Positions 52,356-62,743 of a stretch of 64,000 bases of DNA are shown piece after piece. The DNA lies in NCBI GenBank assembly GCA_963674865.2, contig CAXXYE010000004.1:448001-512000 (forward strand), read 5' to 3'. The DNA is from Candidatus Hydrogenedentota bacterium. GTDB lineage: Bacteria > Hydrogenedentota > Hydrogenedentia > Hydrogenedentales > SLHB01. The notes under the pieces are model-generated. The model worked only from the letters and a program-made list of their open reading frames with translations, made no database searches and was not told the DNA's origin. Each line of letters starts with the position of its first letter. Position 1 is the first letter of the stretch. Position numbers and translations under genes: made by a program.

Positions 52356-52751
52356 ATGACGGAATCACCTGACGGCCCCGGTTCGGCTGCACCGCCTGGA
52401 AAATGGACGATGAAGTGCACGAAGTGCGGCGCCGACCTCGGAGGCTTCGACAACGAGGAGGCGTCCATCTGCCTACGCCCTAGAGAGGACGAAGAGACAC
52501 GCTCCTATTTTCTCTGCGAGGCCTGCGGCGTCTACTCCGCGTGGATATGCATCGAAGACTTCTGGACTGATGAGGACACCATGTTCCCGGCAGGCCCGAT
52601 CTCGCGCGAGGAAGGGGATGAGATCGTGGAGAAGATCAGGAAATGCCCAAACTCGGATAACGCATCCTGCAAGTGTCCCTCCCACAAGGAAATGTCGCGC
52701 TGGATACTCACCAGGTCCAAGCCTCAGGAGCGGAATGCCTCGATGCGGTGA
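52356..52751 (+). CDS. Small Cys-rich putative metal-binding protein
   Basis: CTKC, CEAC and KCPNSDNASCKCPSH motifs. Confidence 0.65.
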   Translation: MTESPDGPGSAAPPGKWTMKCTKCGADLGGFDNEEASICLRPREDEETRSYFLCEACGVYSAWICIEDFWTDEDTMFPAGPISREEGDEIVEKIRKCPNSDNASCKCPSHKEMSRWILTRSKPQERNASMR

Positions 52752-53788
52752 AAAGTCATAAAATTGGCGTCGTGGAAGCTGTGCGAGCCATCCCATGCTG
52801 TGCGGCTCGCAACGATGATATCGCGATTCTCGAACAGCCAGTCAACGTATTGGAAGGCGTGGTGCTCCGTGTCCGGGTGCTCGAGCAGAAGCCGCTCGAC
52901 ACGCCAATCGCGCAAGTCCGCGGAAGACACAAGCACCAGGATATTTCGATTTGCTTCGGGATCGCGCTGTTTGTTTACCAACGACCAGTACCGGCCGCTT
53001 TCCTCGTCGAATCGAATCGTGAACTTGGTGCGTCCGCCCGGCAGATGGATGAATCCTGTGCCGGGATCAAATGAAATAGTCTTACCATCATCCGACACAT
53101 CACACCAGGCCGCGGTTTCCCCTTCGGGACACACAACTCGCAGGATGTTTACCACTTTGCTCTCCGGCGTGAGTACAACATTCCCTTCGAGCCAGCCCAG
53201 GTTCACTCCTTGAGCCTTCTTGTACCACTCAGGCTTGAATTCCAACCGGTTGGAGAACGTCCAGTTCGCTGCGTCGCGCAAGTCGGCATCTTCGGGAACC
53301 GACATCACAAACGCGCGGAAGTGGGAGCCCCAGCCTCCTGGGCCGCCGGCGTCTTCCATGGCGCGCCATAGGCGTCCCTGGTGTCGAATGATGGGCACCG
53401 GCGCACAATGGTACCTGCCATCGCTCAGAAGAAGGCCCGTATCCGGGGAATCGGCAGAAGTCCACGTCTGTCCGTCATCGTCGGAGCGCCGGATCACCGT
53501 GTAGCCGTACTCGGCGGAGGCGCCGATGATGTACAGTGCGTCATCGTGCAGGAAAAGCGTCGACCAGAACTGCCCCTTGATCTCGCCTTGCCGGGCCCAC
53601 GTCTCACCTCTGTCGGCCGAGACGTAGACGTGCGTGACATCGCTCGTCGTTTCTTTTCCAAAGAAATCATGGGACGCCAAATAGCGTCCATCCGGGAGGC
53701 GGACAATGCTGGGCGAGCCGATATAGAACTTCATCGGCTCCGGACTCTCTGCAATAACAACACCTGGCGGACGATTCGTCACACACAT
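52724..53788 (-). CDS. BNR/Asp-box sialidase-fold protein
   Basis: Asp boxes SADRGETW, SDDDGQTW, SDDGKT, SADLRDW; FQYVDW. Confidence 0.8.
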   Translation of the reverse strand: MCVTNRPPGVVIAESPEPMKFYIGSPSIVRLPDGRYLASHDFFGKETTSDVTHVYVSADRGETWARQGEIKGQFWSTLFLHDDALYIIGASAEYGYTVIRRSDDDGQTWTSADSPDTGLLLSDGRYHCAPVPIIRHQGRLWRAMEDAGGPGGWGSHFRAFVMSVPEDADLRDAANWTFSNRLEFKPEWYKKAQGVNLGWLEGNVVLTPESKVVNILRVVCPEGETAAWCDVSDDGKTISFDPGTGFIHLPGGRTKFTIRFDEESGRYWSLVNKQRDPEANRNILVLVSSADLRDWRVERLLLEHPDTEHHAFQYVDWLFENRDIIVASRTAWDGSHSFHDANFMTFHRIEAFRS

Positions 53789-53825
53789 GCTTCTTCCTTT
53801 CTACGGCACCAGTGTAGAACAAGAA

Positions 53826-53862
53826 GAAGGCCAATGAGCTTGTATGCGGCTCATTGGCCTTC
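53826..53862 (-). terminator. Intrinsic terminator downstream of tRNA-Pro
   Basis: 14-bp perfect stem gaaggccaatgagc / gctcattggccttc followed by a T-rich tract on the minus strand. Confidence 0.75.
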
Positions 53863-53873
53863 CGTGTCATAAA

Positions 53874-53951
<78 letters not shown>

Positions 53952-53962
53952 ACCGAATAATG

Positions 53963-54304
53963 CTATTGGGATTCGAGCAGTTCCATGAGGCCCCGCACTT
54001 CGGCCTCCATCTTGTCGAGAAGATCGATGACTTCCTGCTTCGTCTTGGGCCGGCCGACGCCGTAGAGCTCGATGTTGAGCTGCTTGATCGCACCCTCGGT
54101 TGTCAGCTTGTCGTGGCGAACAAGCTGCTTGATCCGCCGGGCGATCTCGATGTCCCGCGCCTGATAATACCGGCGCTTGGCCCGATCCCGCTTAGGTTTC
54201 AACTGTGGAAAACGGCTTTCCCATTGCCGAAGCACATGGGCAGCAACACCAACCATTCGACTGACTTCGGCGATGCCGTACCGTCGATCATCAGCCTCAG
54301 CCAT
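53963..54304 (-). CDS. MerR family transcriptional regulator
   Basis: YGIAEVSRMVGVAAHVLRQWESRFPQLKP..RRYY; this small MerR type commonly precedes tRNA-Pro(GGG). Confidence 0.88.
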   Translation of the reverse strand: MAEADDRRYGIAEVSRMVGVAAHVLRQWESRFPQLKPKRDRAKRRYYQARDIEIARRIKQLVRHDKLTTEGAIKQLNIELYGVGRPKTKQEVIDLLDKMEAEVRGLMELLESQ

Positions 54305-54387
54305 TCTATCCGATCTCCGGTAGGTACCTCAAGCCTAGCCTGAGTGAGGCACTCGGCCGCCGGTTACACACCACAAAGGTGGTGGTT

Positions 54388-55998
54388 CTAGTCGAGCGGC
54401 GCGTTGTCCTGATCCCAGACCGTCATATTCTTCAGATTTCCTTCCCGCCTGGGAATGAGCTTTCCGAGCACAAATCCAACCACAAACATCATGATGTGGC
54501 CGAGGAAACCGGCATAGTAACTGTCAATGGGGGAGTTGAACTGCTCCAGGCCGAGCTTTGTGAAGACGCCAAACTTCGTCAACGACATCCACGCCGTGAA
54601 CAGCAGCGTACACACGATGCCCACGCCTACGGCCCGCCCGTCAGCCGTTCGCGTCAGGAATCCCAGCAGGTAGATGCCCAGCAGGCCGCCGGCGCTCAAA
54701 GAGACAAGGACATTCGACGTGTCCTGCAAGGTCTTGGTGTTCTCCGCGGACACCAGAATCGCCGCGCCGATCATCATGACAACGCCAAATCCAAGGCTCA
54801 CGAGCTTCGCGGCCAAGGTGTAGTGTTTGTCGTCGCGATCCTTCACCATGCGGCGGCGGTAGAGATCGATAATAGCCACGGAGGACGCCGCGTTGATGCT
54901 CGCCGACAGTGAGGACATTGCCGCGGCCAGCACAGCGGCGATGACAAGGCCCGACACGCCCGGAGCGAGTTGATTAAGGACGAAGAAGGGGAGAATGCCT
55001 TCCGGACTCGCACTCCCAGTAAGCATATCCGTTGCCCCCTGCACCGGTATGGCCTTGTAGAACGCGTACAGTGCGGTGCCGAGGAACATGAACAGCGCCC
55101 ACGTAGGCACGCTGAATATGCAGCAAATCCACATGGCCTGCCGCGCATCCTTAGCGCTCTTCGAGGCGCAATAGCGCTGCACCAGCGTCTGCTGCGAACT
55201 GTACTCCGCCAGCCAGTTGCCAAGGCCCATAAGAAGCAGCAGCAAAATGCACTTCTGGTTCAGGCCGGATATCCAAGGAATCGGATTGAGGGTGCCGGTC
55301 TCCTTATTGAGCTCGGCGATGGCGAATTTGCCGTCAGCGATGCCCACACGGAATACCTCGGCAATTCCCTCGAACGGCCCCCCAAGTTTGAAGGCGATAA
55401 CGAAGATACAGATAAGTCCGCCGACCCAGAGCACCAGTGCTTGGATGAAGTCCGTCCACAGCACGGCGCGAATACCGCCAAGAATGGTATAGGAGGAGGT
55501 AATGCATCCGCCGATGATCACGCTCCACATGGGATTCAGCCCGGTGAACTGCTGGATAAGAGCAGACACGAGGTAGAGGATCATGCTGATGCGAATCGTC
55601 TGGGCCAGGATATACATGCACGCCGCATAGAGGCGGACATTCGGGCCAAACCGGCCTTCGAGGTATTCGTACGCCGAGGTGATCTTGCCCCGGCGGAAGA
55701 ACGGCAGAAACACCGTCGTGGCCACCAGGATGCCAACCGGCAGCATGTAATTAGGAACCATTCGCATCCATGCCGTCTTGTAAGCATCGGCGGGATACGC
55801 CATAAAGGTGATTGAGCTGATCGACGCCGCAAACATCGAGAAGCCGATCAGCCACCCCGGAAACGAGCGCTCACCGAGGAAATACCCCTCGGTGGTCTTG
55901 TTCTTGCTCATGAAGAGCGGCCCCATCGCCGCCATCGAAGCGAAGTAGATGACGAGGACGATGATGTCAAAAATGTGAAAATTGCCCGGTGCTTCCAT
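54388..55998 (-). CDS. Sodium:solute symporter (SSS) family
   Basis: YFLGER, SAYEYLEGRFG, GGIRAVLWTDFIQ, VQRY, AAAMSSLS. Confidence 0.92.
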   Translation of the reverse strand: MEAPGNFHIFDIIVLVIYFASMAAMGPLFMSKNKTTEGYFLGERSFPGWLIGFSMFAASISSITFMAYPADAYKTAWMRMVPNYMLPVGILVATTVFLPFFRRGKITSAYEYLEGRFGPNVRLYAACMYILAQTIRISMILYLVSALIQQFTGLNPMWSVIIGGCITSSYTILGGIRAVLWTDFIQALVLWVGGLICIFVIAFKLGGPFEGIAEVFRVGIADGKFAIAELNKETGTLNPIPWISGLNQKCILLLLLMGLGNWLAEYSSQQTLVQRYCASKSAKDARQAMWICCIFSVPTWALFMFLGTALYAFYKAIPVQGATDMLTGSASPEGILPFFVLNQLAPGVSGLVIAAVLAAAMSSLSASINAASSVAIIDLYRRRMVKDRDDKHYTLAAKLVSLGFGVVMMIGAAILVSAENTKTLQDTSNVLVSLSAGGLLGIYLLGFLTRTADGRAVGVGIVCTLLFTAWMSLTKFGVFTKLGLEQFNSPIDSYYAGFLGHIMMFVVGFVLGKLIPRREGNLKNMTVWDQDNAPLD

Positions 55999-56350
55999 GA
56001 TGTTTTCCTGTCCTCTCCCCAATAAGGCCAAAAATGTTGCACAACACTACCAATTCGCCGCACGCCGATCAAGCAGGGAGGGGACCCTTCGAGATTCTAA
56101 TACTAAGCGCACTGTTTTTCGGTGAAAGTCCTTTGCGCCGCAGCGTGCAACCGGCGCAAAGAAATCCGGCGTGCTATCGAATCGTCCTGGCGCTACCCGG
56201 AGCATACCGACTGAAGCCGGCCAGAGGGACCACGTGGAAAGCGCCGGGAGTACGCACCGCCACCGTGCCCAAACGGCAAGCCCATCGCCAGGACGCCCGC
56301 CATGGCCCCTCTAAATGGACAAACCTTTGGATGGTCGAGTCCATGTACGG

Positions 56351-58420
56351 CTAGACTTGTGACGCGGCTTTGTGGTCCTCGCTTCCCCTCTCGTCCGCGT
56401 CAGCTAGACTTGCTGCAATCGACTGGAACGTGTCTTGACACTCGAGAAACGCATCGACGACGTCGGGATCGAAATGTGTTCCTTTCCCTTCAATGATGAT
56501 CGCCGCCGCCCTTTCATGAGGCATAGGAGACTTATAGGGCCGCTTGCAGCGAAGCGCATCATACACATCCGCCACGGCCATTAGCCTCGCTGAGATCGGG
56601 ATCTTCTCTCCTGCGATCCCTTGCGGATACCCGGAACCATCCCATTTCTCATGATGACCAAAAGCAATCTCTTGCGCGTAATGGAGGAACGAGTGTCGTT
56701 GGTCGAGCCCGGCGGTCTCCTCAGCGCGGCACAGGGTGGCGTGTCCGAGGGTAGTGTGCCCCTTCATCACGTCAAATTCCGCGTCGGTAAGCTTCTGCGG
56801 CTTCAGGAGAATCTCGTCAGGTACACCCACCTTACCGATGTCGTGCAAAGGGGCGCTCTTAAAGATGGTCTCGATGTTCTCCGGCGTCAATTCACGGCGG
56901 AACCGCGAGTGCGTCGAGAGTTGCTCAGCAAGAGTCTTGACATATTGCTGGGTGCGGATGATGTGACGCCCTGTCTCAGGGTCCCTTGTTTCGGCCACCG
57001 AAACAAGTCCCACGATGGCACAGTCCTGGGCGACCACCAATTCCTCGGCCCGCTGCGCGCCCAAGCGTTCCTCCATCCGCCAGCGGACTAAGGTAAGCGC
57101 CAGGAATTGGACTATCAATGTAAGGGATCCCGGGAGCGGCGAAAGGTACAAGCCATGGGCTTGGAGAAACCAGCCCGCGCCCCACCAAAACGACAACAGG
57201 CCCGCCCCGCAAAGCACCGCCGAAACCGTTACGGAAAGGCGGGACAGCGCCAAGGCCAGGCCAATCCCCGCCAAGAGAACGGCCCCGGCTTGAGCCCCCG
57301 GGGTCCACGGCGGCGCATGCACAAAATCCCGCCGCACTATTGTGTCAGCCGCAACAGCATGAAGTTGCACGCCCGGAAGGGCGGGGTCGACGGGGGTGGC
57401 GTGCGAATCTCCGAGGGCTGCTGCGCTCGAACCGAGGAACACGATCTTGCCCCGCAAGTCTGAAGTCGTACTGCCGGCGCGTAAGAGGTCCGCCGCTGAA
57501 ATCCGGCCGATTGCTGAGTCCCGGCCTGCAAATGACAGCAGCATGCACCCGTGTCTATCGGTGGGAATAGTGATATCGCCGATCCGAACGCTCTCAACCC
57601 CCGCGGCGTTGACTTTCATGTGCACTTGAGAGTAGCCGAGAGCACGCATGACTGCGGCCAAGGAAAGGGAAGGCCAGAGACGCCCCCCGACTTCAACCAC
57701 CAGCGGCATACGGCGCACAGTCCCGTCCGTATCTGCAAGGGAATTCACCAATCCAACGGTTTTGGTATTCCGCGCAATGGCCTCCACAGGCGATATTAGG
57801 CCATGGGCATGGGGAACGGGGACAGGTTCAAGGGCATTCGGCTCCCGTTGTATGATGATCTCCGTCTGGGGCAGACCGCCGACTCCGGGAGCGCGCACCC
57901 TCTCAAACACTCCCCAAGCGCCCATAACGACCTCCGGAGATGCCACCGCCTCGGCCAGGAGTAGATCGTTGTCTCTGTAGTCCGGCGGGACTTCGTCGAA
58001 ATGCAGGCTAATCCCAAGATCTCGCTGATAAGCATCACGGAGTTGGTCGAGAGACACCCTGTCAGGCTCGGGAAAAAGAAAATCGATCCCGATGCTGCCA
58101 GGCCGGGCGTCCCGCATCGCCGTCACCAGCCTGGCAACGAGGTACCTGGGCCAAGGCCATTGTCCAAGCAGTTCCAGCGCCCTCTCGTCAACATCTATAA
58201 TGGCGACTTGGGAGGTCTCCTGACGCATTGGGCGGGACTGCGCCATAAGGTCATACACAACATTCTCGACGCGGACCAAAGGCATCGGGCGACTCGTGAA
58301 AAGAAACAGCAAGGCAATTGTGAGTGCAAGGCCAATCAGGAGGGTGCGACGCCTGGCCTCCCGCGAGGGGCCATAAACGCGTAAGGGCCGCAGACCAAAC
58401 CCACTTTTCCGGCTCGCCAC
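56351..58420 (-). CDS. CHASE2 domain + HD-GYP phosphodiesterase
   Basis: CHASE2: IIDVDE, GQWPWPR, DTDGTVRR, GKIVFLG, PGVQLHA; three TM; RDPETGRH, LHDIGK, HHEKWDGSGYP. Start uncertain. Confidence 0.92.
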   Translation of the reverse strand: MASRKSGFGLRPLRVYGPSREARRRTLLIGLALTIALLFLFTSRPMPLVRVENVVYDLMAQSRPMRQETSQVAIIDVDERALELLGQWPWPRYLVARLVTAMRDARPGSIGIDFLFPEPDRVSLDQLRDAYQRDLGISLHFDEVPPDYRDNDLLLAEAVASPEVVMGAWGVFERVRAPGVGGLPQTEIIIQREPNALEPVPVPHAHGLISPVEAIARNTKTVGLVNSLADTDGTVRRMPLVVEVGGRLWPSLSLAAVMRALGYSQVHMKVNAAGVESVRIGDITIPTDRHGCMLLSFAGRDSAIGRISAADLLRAGSTTSDLRGKIVFLGSSAAALGDSHATPVDPALPGVQLHAVAADTIVRRDFVHAPPWTPGAQAGAVLLAGIGLALALSRLSVTVSAVLCGAGLLSFWWGAGWFLQAHGLYLSPLPGSLTLIVQFLALTLVRWRMEERLGAQRAEELVVAQDCAIVGLVSVAETRDPETGRHIIRTQQYVKTLAEQLSTHSRFRRELTPENIETIFKSAPLHDIGKVGVPDEILLKPQKLTDAEFDVMKGHTTLGHATLCRAEETAGLDQRHSFLHYAQEIAFGHHEKWDGSGYPQGIAGEKIPISARLMAVADVYDALRCKRPYKSPMPHERAAAIIIEGKGTHFDPDVVDAFLECQDTFQSIAASLADADERGSEDHKAASQV

Positions 58421-58430
58421 GTCTGGCGAA

Positions 58431-59033
58431 TCAGCGTACAACTATCTCAACCCGTCGATTGCGCGCCTCGTGGACGTTGTCAGCGGTGGGCACCAGCGGG
58501 TCGCCTTCGCCGAAGTAAGCAAGCGATAGGGACGTGGGGGCTATCCCCAATTCGAGGAGATGGGCTCTTACAGCGTGCGCGCGGGCATTAGACAGCCGCA
58601 TGTTGTAATCCGCATCGCCACTCCGGTCGGTATGCCCGTTGATGCTAATGTCACGGGAGTCCCGTTCCGCGGCCGCCTTCACAACATCCTTGAGAAGGCT
58701 GAGTGAATCGGCCGTCATTCGGTCAGAGTCCGATTTGAAATAGAGATTGAAGACCAGCGGCTTTTCGGGCTCAACAGCCAGTGCATCCTGGAAGATACCC
58801 TCACGCTTCTTCTCGGACATGAAATATGGATCACCGGGCTTCGTTGCGGGGGCGGCGATGACCACGGCTTGACCCGCCTCGGATAGTGATGCGACGCCCG
58901 CTTCGGTGCTTACGGTGACGTGACCAGTGTGTCCACGGGCATCAGGAACAAGAACAACAATCGTCCCCTTTGTGGCGCAAGATACGCAAAGGGTTCCCAA
59001 CAGGAGAACAATAGCAAGTCTCTGGCCCCTCAT
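58431..59033 (-). CDS. OmpA-family peptidoglycan-binding lipoprotein
   Basis: Lipobox LCVSC, GHTDRSG..YNMRLSNARA, NRRVEI. Confidence 0.9.
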   Translation of the reverse strand: MRGQRLAIVLLLGTLCVSCATKGTIVVLVPDARGHTGHVTVSTEAGVASLSEAGQAVVIAAPATKPGDPYFMSEKKREGIFQDALAVEPEKPLVFNLYFKSDSDRMTADSLSLLKDVVKAAAERDSRDISINGHTDRSGDADYNMRLSNARAHAVRAHLLELGIAPTSLSLAYFGEGDPLVPTADNVHEARNRRVEIVVR

Positions 59034-59060
59034 TCGCACCTCCTGCCTAGGTGACAAACT

Positions 59061-59501
59061 CTATTTCACCTTTACCAAAAGCTTGGTGCCGCGCACGGAC
59101 GCAATTCCGTCCGGGGTCTCTAGCTTGACGGAGTCCGGCGCCAGTTTGGCGATACGTCCCGAGACAACGACGAACGTGCCCTTTATCATGTTCAGAGCCA
59201 TTGAGAAGATGCCTTCACTCGGGCGAAAGTCGAAATCCTTCATTGCCAGCTTGCTGGATGATCCCATGGAGACCGTTGAGTCATCTCGCAAGATCACCCC
59301 AATGCTCCCGTCGCGTCCCGTCTGCAACATATCCTGTACGAAGAGGCGCGTCCCCTTTTCAGCGCGAAGCTTAGCCTCTCCACGCAGGACAAAGGCTTCA
59401 CCCTTGACGGTCTTCACGCTGCCAATCACATTGTCCGGTTCCGCGTAGCCGGTGACGCTTACCAGAGACACAAGCACCAACAGCGCTATCATGAACTTCA
59501 T
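59061..59501 (-). CDS. FecR-domain secreted protein
   Basis: Signal peptide, QDMLQTGRDG, SGRIAKLAP, TPDGIASVRGT. Confidence 0.85.
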   Translation of the reverse strand: MKFMIALLVLVSLVSVTGYAEPDNVIGSVKTVKGEAFVLRGEAKLRAEKGTRLFVQDMLQTGRDGSIGVILRDDSTVSMGSSSKLAMKDFDFRPSEGIFSMALNMIKGTFVVVSGRIAKLAPDSVKLETPDGIASVRGTKLLVKVK

Positions 59502-59582
59502 AGCTAGGTACCCTCCCAGTACTTGGGGGCGTGCCCTTTTGCCGGCATCTTCCCTCAATCCTCCTCAAACTTTCATTGTCTT

Positions 59583-59611
59583 ATGCTAAACTTTCTTCCC
59601 CATTTCGTCAA
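59583..59611 (-). promoter_or_regulatory. Putative sigma70 promoter of the FecR-OmpA-CHASE2 operon
   Basis: Minus strand TTGACG-N17-TAGCAT. Confidence 0.55.
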
Positions 59612-59723
59612 TATGCTCGGGCGTTTCCCAAGGCTCGCGCATGGCCGTCTCAGCCAAGGTATGTTTCCGACTCAAGGGGAAGAACGCATCACGCAGGCAC
59701 CGAACGCTTGAAGCGGGAGCCGC

Positions 59724-60299
59724 CTATCCCAACAGGTCGTCCGGCTCGATGAGGGAGGATCCCGCCTGACACAAGGGACAGGCATCAGGAGACCAGCTCT
59801 CCATGTCAAGGCGGGCCAAGGGTTTGAAGGGGCAATCAAACCGGGCCTCGCCCGCGCTGCGATCAATCAACACGCTAACGCCGACGACCTCCGCATCCCG
59901 CTCGCGCAGATGACTCACCGTCTTCTTCACGGATCCGCCCGTGGTGATAATGTCCTCGACTACGAGCACGCGCGTACCGGCTTTGAGGGCAAATCCGCGT
60001 TTTAGGGCCATGGCTTCCTCGCCGTCCTTTTCCGTGAAGGCTGCGCGGCAATCGAGGTGGCGGGCCGTCTCGTATGCAAGGATGATTCCCCCCGTGGCAG
60101 GCCCGACCACAAGCTCGACGCCCTGCCCGGCGAATTGTCCGGCCATGGCGGCGCAAAGACGCTCCGTGTAGCGAGGGAATTGAAGAACACGCGCCGCTTG
60201 CAGAAATTGCCGGCCATGGCGGCCACTGGTATAGAGGAAATGTCCCTCAAGCAGGGCGCCGGCCTCACGAAACAGGTTGATGGCCTCTTCCGAGTTCAC
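59724..60299 (-). CDS. pyrE: Orotate phosphoribosyltransferase
   Basis: GHFLYTSGRH, VLVVEDIITTGGS; pyr operon context. Confidence 0.93.
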   Translation of the reverse strand: MNSEEAINLFREAGALLEGHFLYTSGRHGRQFLQAARVLQFPRYTERLCAAMAGQFAGQGVELVVGPATGGIILAYETARHLDCRAAFTEKDGEEAMALKRGFALKAGTRVLVVEDIITTGGSVKKTVSHLRERDAEVVGVSVLIDRSAGEARFDCPFKPLARLDMESWSPDACPLCQAGSSLIEPDDLLG

Positions 60300-60982
60300 G
60301 CGTTCAGTTCCTCCATGATGAGTTCGACGGCCTTTGTGGGACTCTCATGCTTCACAATGGGCCGGCCGACGACAATGTAGTCCGCGCCGGCCGCAGCGGC
60401 CTCGCGGGGCGTCATGACGCGAGCCTGATCATCCTTTGCCGCCCAAGCGGGGCGAACTCCCGGCGTTACGATGGCCGCCTTAGGCCCAACCGCCCCGCGC
60501 ACCAGCTCGATCTCCAGCGGTGAGCAGACAATACCGTGTGCGCCGGACTCGACAGCAAGTCGGGCGAAACGCGGTACCGTCTCAGAAGCCTTTTCCGGAA
60601 TGCCGATCTCCTCACGCAGCATTTCATCCGAAAGGCTTGTCAGAACCGTTACTGCGAGGATACGCGTGGGCGCCCCCTCGACGGCCTCGCGGGCGGCCTC
60701 GATCATCTTGCGCCCGCCGCTCGCGTGCAGCGTGAAGAATGATGCGCCGAGATCGGCAGCGGCCTTGGCCGCCTTGGCGACGGTGTTGGGAATATCGTGG
60801 AATTTGAGATCGAGGAAGATGTGCTTGCCCAGCGCCTGAAGCTCCTGCACGATGGGGGGGCCGCAGCGGGTGAAGAGTTGCGATCCTATTTTGAACCATT
60901 CACACCGGCCGCAGTCCTGGACGATCTTCAAGGCTTGTTCCCGCGAATCAACGTCTAAGACAGTGATGAGTTCGGTTCCCAT
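60296..60982 (-). CDS. pyrF: Orotidine-5'-phosphate decarboxylase
   Basis: FLDLKFHDIPNTV, VTVLTS, TPGVRP, VVGRPI. Confidence 0.96.
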   Translation of the reverse strand: MGTELITVLDVDSREQALKIVQDCGRCEWFKIGSQLFTRCGPPIVQELQALGKHIFLDLKFHDIPNTVAKAAKAAADLGASFFTLHASGGRKMIEAAREAVEGAPTRILAVTVLTSLSDEMLREEIGIPEKASETVPRFARLAVESGAHGIVCSPLEIELVRGAVGPKAAIVTPGVRPAWAAKDDQARVMTPREAAAAGADYIVVGRPIVKHESPTKAVELIMEELNA

Positions 60983-60989
60983 GATATTC

Positions 60990-61919
60990 TCACAGCTCCA
61001 TCGCACCGATAAGCTCTCTGATGTCAGCGATTTCATGCTGCTCTAGATAGACGGCGATGCCCTCCACGACACGCAAGGCGGCGTCCGGCTGGCGGAATGA
61101 CATGGAGCCTACCGCGACGGCCGTCGCACCGGCAAGCAAGAATTGGATCGCGTCCTCGGCCTCACAGATGCCGCCCATGCCGATGACGGGAATCGTGAGC
61201 GCGGATGCTGCGTTCCAAACCATCTTGAGGGCCACGGGCCGGATGCACGGCCCGCTCAGCCCGCCCACAATGTTCGCGAGCCGCGGGCGGCGCGTCTCGG
61301 AATCAATGGCCATACCTAGAAGCGTGTTTATCAGTGAGACGGCGTCCGCTCCCGCCTCCTGCGCGGCCAGGGCGGGATCGCGTATATCCACCACATTCGG
61401 GGACAACTTGACGAAAACCGGGAGCCTCGTGGCCGATTTGACGGCGCGTGTGTACTCGGCGACGGCATCGGGAATCTGTGACACCAGCGTTGCTCCCCGA
61501 GCCGTCTTGGCGTCGTGAACGTTGGGGCAGGAGAGGTTTGCCTCGATGGCGTCCGCCCCGTCGGCCTCTTCGAGCCGCCGGGCGAGTTCGGCATACTCAT
61601 CCGGCGAATGGCCGTAGATGTTCGCAATGATGGGCACGCCCTTCTCCCGCAGGAAAGGGGCCTTTTCAGAAAGATACGCATCGATACCGACGTTCTGGAG
61701 GCCAATGGCATTCAGCAATCCCGCAGGCGTCTCAACAAGGCGCGGGGGCCTATTCCCCGCACGGCTCGCCGGCGAGATGCTCTTGGTGGTTACAGCCCCG
61801 AGGCGCGCCACGTCGAAGTATTGATCGTACTCCTGGCCATAGCCGAAAGTTCCGGACGCAACCGTCACAGGATTCTTCAGTTCGAGCCCGCCGACGTTAG
61901 TGCTCAGATTTGGCTTCAC
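60990..61919 (-). CDS. pyrD: Dihydroorotate dehydrogenase B (NAD+), catalytic subunit
   Basis: ASGTFGYG, NAIGLQN, NLSCPNV, KLSPNV, GGLSGP. Confidence 0.95.
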   Translation of the reverse strand: MKPNLSTNVGGLELKNPVTVASGTFGYGQEYDQYFDVARLGAVTTKSISPASRAGNRPPRLVETPAGLLNAIGLQNVGIDAYLSEKAPFLREKGVPIIANIYGHSPDEYAELARRLEEADGADAIEANLSCPNVHDAKTARGATLVSQIPDAVAEYTRAVKSATRLPVFVKLSPNVVDIRDPALAAQEAGADAVSLINTLLGMAIDSETRRPRLANIVGGLSGPCIRPVALKMVWNAASALTIPVIGMGGICEAEDAIQFLLAGATAVAVGSMSFRQPDAALRVVEGIAVYLEQHEIADIRELIGAMEL

Positions 61920-61935
61920 GCTTGCGTTTTCCCGC

Positions 61936-62742
61936 TCACCTGTCGTAGGCAAGGTTGTGGGCATCCCAGTCAATGGTGCGCGTATCGAAAACCGGCCCAT
62001 CCACACAGACGCGTACCATCTTCTCCCCCTCTTGCTTGCGCTTCGACTCGACCACGCATCCCAGACACGCTCCGTCGCCGCATGCCATCTGGGCTTCAAG
62101 AGAGACCTGGCAATCGGCGCCCGCGGCCACAGCCACATCGGATGTCGTCCGCATCATCACCATCGGGCCGCAGACATAGACACGCGTTTCAGCGTCGGGC
62201 TTCACGCGCTCAAGCACGTCACAGGCGAAGGCTTTCTCGCCCGCGGATCCGTCGTCCGTGGCGATGTATAGCTTGCAGCCTTGACGCCTGAAATCCTCTG
62301 TACAGAGGATCAGATCCCGAGTCCGGGCCGCGATGATCACCTCAGGGACAATGCCCGCACTGACGAGTGCATCCACCAATCCGGGGAAAGGCGCCACACC
62401 GATACCGCCGGCGACGATGATGTGCCGCGCGAAACTCGGATCGACCGAGAATCCATTGCCGAGGGGGCCTTGGACGGAGATACTCTGCCCCTGCGCAAAC
62501 TGCGAGAGCAACCGCGTGCCCTCGCCTTCGACCTTGTACAGAATGGACACGCCATCGCCGGCAATCCGCTCGAATGACATCGGCCGGCGAAGAAATGGGT
62601 AGAGCCCGCGGGACACCAGAAACATCCCGAATTGGCCCGGCCGGGCGGCAGCGGCGATTTTCGGCGCGCGAACGCGCATTCGATAGTGCTCAGGCGCCAC
62701 CCGCTCGTTCGCGAGAATCTCGCAATCTACAACGTGCGGCAT
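61936..62742 (-). CDS. pyrK: Dihydroorotate dehydrogenase electron transfer subunit
   Basis: LRRPMS, GPLGNGF, GGIGVAP, CGP, MACGDGACLGC. Confidence 0.93.
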   Translation of the reverse strand: MPHVVDCEILANERVAPEHYRMRVRAPKIAAAARPGQFGMFLVSRGLYPFLRRPMSFERIAGDGVSILYKVEGEGTRLLSQFAQGQSISVQGPLGNGFSVDPSFARHIIVAGGIGVAPFPGLVDALVSAGIVPEVIIAARTRDLILCTEDFRRQGCKLYIATDDGSAGEKAFACDVLERVKPDAETRVYVCGPMVMMRTTSDVAVAAGADCQVSLEAQMACGDGACLGCVVESKRKQEGEKMVRVCVDGPVFDTRTIDWDAHNLAYDR

Positions 62743-62743
62743 G

